DNA of 6,124 bases, from contig JALVPN010000053.1 of the NCBI GenBank assembly GCA_027031765.1, positions 1-6,124 on the forward strand, read 5' to 3'. Below, in pieces: positions 1 to 4,266 of this stretch. Under the pieces are notes generated by a model that did no database searches, had not been told where the DNA came from, and saw nothing but the letters and a program-made list of their open reading frames with translations. Position 1 is the stretch's first letter; each line of letters starts with the position of its first letter. The position numbers were made by a program, and so were the translations under genes. Source of the stretch: Promethearchaeota archaeon. Lineage in GTDB: Archaea; Asgardarchaeota; Thorarchaeia; Thorarchaeales; Thorarchaeaceae.

Positions 1-768
1 GTCTAGGATACGCTTCAGGATAAGGGGCAGATTACTACCGTCTGGCTCAAGCTCTGTCTTGCCGGTGACTGGAGTTGCACGTTTCATAAGGTGCGGGTCG
101 AAGTCATAAATGGAGATGTTGCGCAGATAGTGTGCCAAGCTCGAATAGAAAGGTGACAGGAGGACTGGCTCTTCAATGGAGAGTCTTCGTGGGCGCGGGT
201 GAACAGCATATCTCATATCTCGCGAGAGAGGAGAATCGATGAGAGAGCGGAGTATGGGAATGTCTGAGAGGAAATCAGGCATTTCCGTCCTGACTCTGCG
301 GCCATCATTCATAGTAGTGATAGTGCCTCTGTGGGGTTCTCCATGTGACGCATCGCCGCCGTTCGGTGGACCAGTCCGATACTCGCAGACTGCGGCAAGT
401 CTGTCCGACACTCCTGAGTAGTCCAGCTTGCGTTTGTAGAAACTGATTGAGAGTTCGTACTCGTACCCGCTGACGGAGAGATATGCATCTCGAGCTATCC
501 GAAAGGTGTCGTTTGCTCCGAGTGACAGTTGGATGGACAAGTCGCGGGAAGCACCTATGGCAAGATTGCGTAGGTAGGCCACTCCACCTTGCATCGAAAT
601 AGCGTTCTCCAACCCCATCGTGGTGATATCCTTGAGGAACCGGAACAGGGCGATAAGATTGGACTTTCCTGACGCGTTAGGCCCGACAACGACGTTGAAG
701 TCGCCCAACTCAATCTCTGTGTCGTTGAAGGTCCGGAAATTGCTCACCCTTATCCTCCGGATTCTCAT
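1..768 (-). CDS. AAA_21/COG4637-like ABC/SMC-family ATPase, N-terminal part (truncated by the left window edge)
   Basis: Manual translation from ATG at 768 gives 256 stop-free codons to position 1: MRIRRIRVSNFRTFNDTEIELGDFNVVVGPNASGKSNLIALFRFLKDITTMGLENAISMQGG...ISIYDFDPHLMKRATPVTGKTELEPDGSNLPLILKRILD. The start has the typical 'I+v+NF+sf...iel..fnvlvG.NasGKSN' pattern. Walker A GPNASGKS is at 684-661. The 'L..dGsNL' block is typical of this family. An in-frame alternative ATG lies at 786. Confidence 0.9.
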   Translation of the reverse strand, partial: MRIRRIRVSNFRTFNDTEIELGDFNVVVGPNASGKSNLIALFRFLKDITTMGLENAISMQGGVAYLRNLAIGASRDLSIQLSLGANDTFRIARDAYLSVSGYEYELSISFYKRKLDYSGVSDRLAAVCEYRTGPPNGGDASHGEPHRGTITTMNDGRRVRTEMPDFLSDIPILRSLIDSPLSRDMRYAVHPRPRRLSIEEPVLLSPFYSSLAHYLRNISIYDFDPHLMKRATPVTGKTELEPDGSNLPLILKRILD

Positions 769-804
769 ACTGTCCGCTGGTCGCATAGGTTGGAGGCCAC
801 CCGG

Positions 805-1210
805 CTAGTCTTGGAGAAGTTGGCACGTGTCAGAGCAATATCTCGCTGACGTATAAGGATTTGGAAGGAACAGCCGGTTGGAGCACGGGAGCTGCTCGCC
901 ACTCGTGCAGATGCTCTGCACTAGCCTGTCCTTGCGCCAGCATATTGGGGGACTGTCCTCAGGAGTGCCAACTACTCGGCCGTCCCGCGTACTAGACATG
1001 GTTGAGAAGTCGTTCAGCCTCTATTGTTTCTTCATTTGCATAGAGTCCCACCGGGACTCCCGCAGCAACTAGTAGACGCTTGCCTCGAGGCATCTGTCAC
1101 CGACCGCGTCTAGTACATGTCCACAAGACTCGTGCCCTCGCCCTCTGTTCTTCACTACAATGCAGACACTGGTGCCAATGTCGGTCTTCGCTCCAATCGC
1201 CTCTGGTCAT
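805..1210 (-). pseudogene. Probable degenerate VapC/PIN-domain toxin gene; boundaries approximate, recognisable part about 992-1188
   Basis: Directly downstream of the AbrB gene. One frame (1188-1072) reads KTDIGTSVCIVVKNRGRGHESCGHVLDAVGDRCLEASVY before a TAG at 1071-1069. A second frame (1075-995) reads LLVAAGVPVGLYANEETIEAERLLNHV before a TAG at 994-992. Together they resemble the N-terminal half of archaeal VapC proteins (xIDTxVxI...ilda...leasvs..vaaEvlvG). Frameshifts and stops are needed to join them, and the C-terminal part is not recognisable. Confidence 0.45.
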
Positions 1211-1219
1211 GTCCCAGAC

Positions 1220-1468
1220 TCAGGTCCACTCTGCTCTCAGCCCTCTCTGAAACTCAACGCTCCGGCACACGGGTCGCCCGGCCTTCAGGATGTCCTTCAT
1301 CCTCTCCCCATCGATTCCGATAAGGACTCTGCTCATATGGGTCTCGATAAGGACTCTGCCCGCCTCAACCCTGAAGATGATGGTGTTTCCAGCTCGTATC
1401 CGCAGTCTCTCCCGGATCTCTTCTGGGATGACGACCTCTCCCCTCTTGCCGACTGTACTCGCTATCAT
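1220..1468 (-). CDS. AbrB/MazE/SpoVT-family DNA-binding protein (VapB-type antitoxin), 82 aa
   Basis: MIASTVGKRGEVVIPEEIRERLRIRAGNTIIFRVEAGRVLIE is the classical swapped-hairpin AbrB signature (V++rGqivIP.eiR..l.i..Gd.l.f.v..g.i.i). The C-terminal tail (...SVEFQRGLRAEWT) is like archaeal VapB antitoxins. The ORF track starts at 1573, but the first 35 residues are not AbrB-like, so ATG 1468 is preferred. The start is uncertain. Confidence 0.85.
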   Translation of the reverse strand: MIASTVGKRGEVVIPEEIRERLRIRAGNTIIFRVEAGRVLIETHMSRVLIGIDGERMKDILKAGRPVCRSVEFQRGLRAEWT

Positions 1469-1982
1469 GCTCTTCTGCGGGCGGTCTTGCGTCTCGCGCC
1501 TCCGCGCCTTGTTGCCGGCTCGACTCGCTGTCATACTCGCTAGTGGGTATTCCTTGCGCTTCAGTCTTGTCATCCCTCAGGAGCGCAGACCCATGCAAGA
1601 TATCTATCAAGCACGAGGACTTGCCGGGGCTCTAGGAGTCTCTATGAAAATATTCTGTCGACATCCGGCCAAGGTGCTCTTGCCGTTGTCGGAAGCCCGC
1701 TACCCAGTGCGGCCTCACGACACTGACAGCGCAACACGGCTCGAGCAACCGTGGGAAAACAGACGTACATTCTATAGGGAGTTGTATTGGGCGTGAAACG
1801 TGCTCGCCGCGCGGCCCGTTGGGCCGAGCGAGGACTACGAGAAGTGGCGCAAGGAAACGCTGCTCTATGGCCGTCGGCACGGGGGCGCAATATTACTAGG
1901 AGCCAAATAGGCATCATTGGCTAGGTCTCAAGGCGGCAAGACCCATTCGTGAGGCATCAGGACCGCAGGAGCAAGAGAAGAA

Positions 1983-2117
1983 ATGGACTGGCCAAAGTGT
2001 CCAAAATGTGGGAGTCACATGGTGCCGTTCAGTGGGCGCGACGTTGATACCCCAATTGTCTTCGCCTATTGGGAGTGCGTCAATCCTAGATGTGGGTACA
2101 AAGTCAGTAGAACGTGA
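1983..2117 (+). CDS. 44-aa CPxCG-type C4 zinc-ribbon micro-protein
   Basis: ATG1983...TGA2117 translates to MDWPKCPKCGSHMVPFSGRDVDTPIVFAYWECVNPRCGYKVSRT, with two cysteine knuckles (CPKCG and CVNPRCGY). A purine-rich leader (gcaggagcaagagaagaa) precedes the ATG. It is below the ORF track's length cut-off. Confidence 0.8.
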   Translation: MDWPKCPKCGSHMVPFSGRDVDTPIVFAYWECVNPRCGYKVSRT

Positions 2118-2286
2118 GGCTGACAAGGTAGTATTCATCCGTATCTGTGGTGGCAAGCGCCAGCCACATGGACTCTTCAGAGCATACTGGGTGACCAGTG
2201 GCGCCGGGTGTCACGTCATCAGTGTTCTGCAGACGAGAGCAAGCAGACAAGAGGTGCTCCACCGGTGAGCACTCGGCAGTGACGGG

Positions 2287-2691
2287 TCACAGCTCAAGGA
2301 CCTCCCGCAGTATCAGCCGCACTTTCGTGAACAGCTTCTGGGTGAGAGGACCGACTTTCCGTTCGACCCTCTCAAATGATATCGCTCTGACGTTGTGGCA
2401 CAGTGCATATGACTCCTTGTTGAGGACTGTGGGGTCTTCTACTTCGACGACAGTCCACCATGTGCGTTTGGTAGCAGTGAGTGGTACCACAATTGCAATT
2501 TCGAGCGGCTCGTCCCCACTCTTCCGCTTCACAGGACTCGAGATGACGATACACGGACGCCTCCCTCCCTGTTCGTGCCCCATGACCTTGTCAGTAGCGT
2601 GTGCACACTCTCCAGACGGTTCATCACCGGGTATCTTGCCAAGGTCAGCCCACGCGATATCTCCCGCGTCAATCTGGCCCGTCTGTGACAT
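2287..2691 (-). CDS. mazF: PemK/MazF-family endoribonuclease toxin, 134 aa
   Basis: GDIAWADL...GHEQGGRRPCIVIS...IAIVVPLT...SYALCHNVRAISFERVERKVGPL matches the PemK/MazF pattern (Gdi.wvdl, G.Eq.g.RP.lvis, v.vvPlT, S.a..dqir.is..Rl...iG.l). ATG at 2691 has a GGGTGA SD-like motif 7 nt upstream. An alternative TTG at 2733 overlaps the upstream stop codon (TTGA). Confidence 0.88.
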   Translation of the reverse strand: MSQTGQIDAGDIAWADLGKIPGDEPSGECAHATDKVMGHEQGGRRPCIVISSPVKRKSGDEPLEIAIVVPLTATKRTWWTVVEVEDPTVLNKESYALCHNVRAISFERVERKVGPLTQKLFTKVRLILREVLEL

Positions 2692-2729
2692 CGAATGCTC
2701 ACCCGAGGAACTGCACTGTGCAATCAGTA

Positions 2730-3671
2730 TCAAGAGATCTGGCCATCACCCACAAAGGACCGTCGGGGCTGGATTTCAAGACCCGTCCACCTGTCACTGC
2801 GCGAGAGCATCGCTTCTTGAGTCATCACTTCCTGAGCCCAGTCCCTCAGGAGCTCCTCGATGCGCTCGATATGTCCACTCGACAGCGGGATCTTGAACCT
2901 GACAACGCAGGCCACAACAAGCACCAGCATCAAGAGAGCTGAACGATTGAAGCCCAGTGCCAGCTGGGCCATCCCTTCACCGCGGAATCTGTTGTCCTCG
3001 ACCGGGTCGGGCAGCTCATCACCATGTGGGAGATACGATAAGAGCCTGTCAGTCAACGACTTGAACTGGTCAATGTCCTCTTTGCGAGGGGTGAGGTTGT
3101 CGGGCTTGCCCGACTCCATCAGCTGGCGGATTTGACGAAATGCCTCAACGGAGAGCCGTAGAGTCCTCATGGCGACCTTCGTAGCGAACGTATAGTTCGA
3201 AGTCAACGTCGGTCCCAGAGCCCCTTCCATTTCGTCCAAGAAGGCCTCGCTGGATATGTCGCGTATCAGGTCAGGGAACTGGGCCTCGACCTGCTCCATA
3301 TACTCAACATTGGCCCCGAAGCCCTCCAAGAACCGCTTCAGCAATTCGTTCATGGACTCCGCAATCTCGTTCTTGATATTCTCCGCCACGTTGCCATACA
3401 CTATCGCCTTGATTTCATCCGGTGTGATGGCGGCCGACAAATCGTCGACAGTCAAGAACCTGTCAAGGCCCGGGAATGTGCCGCTCAGGATGGCCAGACT
3501 CAAATGCAGTCCCTCATACGCCCTATCATGTTCTGCGATGCTCTGTCGTGTCTGCGTCCAGGTTCTCTTCTGGGAATCTGACCTATTGAATCTACTTGTG
3601 AGTTCGGAGAGGTCATCATTTCGGTGACTGGTTTCGTGCGGGCGTCTACAGAAGAGTGCGACTTCGCCCAC
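2730..3671 (-). CDS. Hypothetical protein, 313 aa, apparently alpha-helical with an acidic core; candidate atypical antitoxin or partner of the downstream MazF
   Basis: Long open frame from GTG 3671 to TGA 2732-2730 with protein-like amphipathic helical composition. It is co-oriented with, and ends 38 nt before, the MazF ATG. It has one strongly hydrophobic segment, ALLMLVLVVACVV (2939-2901). No family recognised; the start codon is uncertain. Confidence 0.8.
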   Translation of the reverse strand: MGEVALFCRRPHETSHRNDDLSELTSRFNRSDSQKRTWTQTRQSIAEHDRAYEGLHLSLAILSGTFPGLDRFLTVDDLSAAITPDEIKAIVYGNVAENIKNEIAESMNELLKRFLEGFGANVEYMEQVEAQFPDLIRDISSEAFLDEMEGALGPTLTSNYTFATKVAMRTLRLSVEAFRQIRQLMESGKPDNLTPRKEDIDQFKSLTDRLLSYLPHGDELPDPVEDNRFRGEGMAQLALGFNRSALLMLVLVVACVVRFKIPLSSGHIERIEELLRDWAQEVMTQEAMLSRSDRWTGLEIQPRRSFVGDGQIS

Positions 3672-4056
3672 TGAGATGTGGGCGAAAAGTGCAATGTGAA
3701 GAGACAGTCGGTGTGAGAGACATTGATACTGTTATCAGTTGGCTCGGCGCTGCACGGCAACTACAACGAGCTGGCAGAGTCCTTCCATACGCCTCTCACA
3801 GGGCTGATGCATGCGGAAACTTGGTTCATCGTCTGAATCCAAGAAACAGCACACAGGGAGCGGCCTGTGTGGAAGCCCAACAGCTTGGTGGAACAAGCAA
3901 GACTCCCTTGGTCGTGGGCACATCTCAGTCCAGAGTGGCGTCGTCAGTACGTCATCACGCAGATGTTGCAACTTTCATTCGATTTCCGTCTATCGTTCGG
4001 AGGACATACCTTATTCCTCCTCCCTACCATACGGTACAGTGAATAAGAAATGAAGA

Positions 4057-4065
4057 GGAGGTGAT
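4057..4065 (+). promoter_or_regulatory. Shine-Dalgarno sequence GGAGGTGAT
   Basis: Full complement of the conserved 16S rRNA 3' end (AUCACCUCC), 6 nt upstream of ATG 4072. Confidence 0.85.
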
Positions 4066-4071
4066 TAAGAA

Positions 4072-4194
4072 ATGGCAAAATCCAAGATGGACTCAAAAGC
4101 TGCCAGCCGCATTCAGTCACATGCTGACCGGACCGGAACCAATCAAGGGTTCAAGGCCCGTGCTCAGCGTGCGGCTGCCAAGAACAAGAGCTGA
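4072..4194 (+). CDS. 40-aa basic micro-protein resembling the SMP/LEA-like 'AASRIQS...FxxRAQxAA' family
   Basis: MAKSKMDSKAASRIQSHADRTGTNQGFKARAQRAAAKNKS. It has a perfect SD upstream and a hairpin plus T7 tract immediately downstream. From memory, the 'M...AASRIQS.......gF.aRAQ.AAakN' pattern resembles short SMP (seed maturation protein)-like proteins of fungi and prokaryotes. Confidence 0.85.
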   Translation: MAKSKMDSKAASRIQSHADRTGTNQGFKARAQRAAAKNKS

Positions 4195-4218
4195 GGGGCT
4201 GCTGCCCCCAGTTTTTTT
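4191..4218 (+). terminator. GC hairpin plus T7 tract (intrinsic-terminator-like)
   Basis: ctg(a)GGGGC-tgct-GCCCCcag followed by ttttttt (4212-4218), overlapping the stop codon of the 40-aa gene. Confidence 0.7.
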
Positions 4219-4266
4219 CCTCCTTTTCGAGTAATGGTAGACAGCAGAAGGTGAGTCGGTGATAAC

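Noticed and set aside
768-1206. One minus-strand frame from 1206 into the ATPase start is interrupted only by TAG codons (1069-1071, 1021-1023, 805-807), suggesting amber/pyrrolysine read-through into a fused PIN-ATPase
   Set aside because: The PIN-like similarity switches to another frame after ~1075, the read-through product is not protein-like, and three stops all being TAG is plausible by chance.
239-1323. Plus-strand ORF-track entries 239-421, 620-808, 878-1072 and 1117-1323, and minus-strand 805-999
   Set aside because: They are antisense or off-frame shadows of the ATPase, PIN remnant and AbrB genes, with no motifs.
1160-1796. ORF-track entries 1160-1543 (+), 1290-1796 (+) and 1365-1610 (-)
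   Set aside because: They overlap the well-supported AbrB gene and have non-protein-like composition. Only the 3' part of 1290-1796 (from ATG 1593) is kept as a low-interest finding.
1632-2268. ORF-track entries 1632-1880 (-), 1642-1917 (-), 1914-2156 (-) and 2008-2268 (+)
   Set aside because: No recognisable motifs or ribosome-binding sites. The last two overlap the much more convincing zinc-ribbon gene.
3525-3545. HEPN-like R-x4-6-H motifs (RQSIAEH in the 313-aa protein; also RTTRTH at 4723-4740 in the STAND N-terminus)
   Set aside because: Both lack the typical polar N/D/H residue after the Arg, and such short motifs arise often by chance.
2725-3731. 9-bp inverted repeat (CAGTATCAA at 2725-2733, TTGATACTG at 3723-3731) flanking the 313-aa ORF like transposon ends
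   Set aside because: Many 9-mer inverted matches are expected by chance in 6 kb. There is no target-site duplication and no transposase motif in the ORF.
2198-3760. ORF-track entries overlapping MazF and the 313-aa gene (2198-2896, 2372-2554, 2529-2723, 2601-2942, 2860-3135, 3256-3627, 3500-3760)
   Set aside because: Antisense or alternative-frame shadows, mostly Ser/Arg-rich, of real genes. None looks like a MazE antitoxin.
4072-4194. The 40-aa peptide as an amyloid-signalling partner of the adjacent NLR-like STAND protein (HET-s/BASS-type)
   Set aside because: It lacks the repeated beta-arch (N/Q/G-rich) pattern, no matching motif is seen at the STAND N-terminus, and it looks helical.
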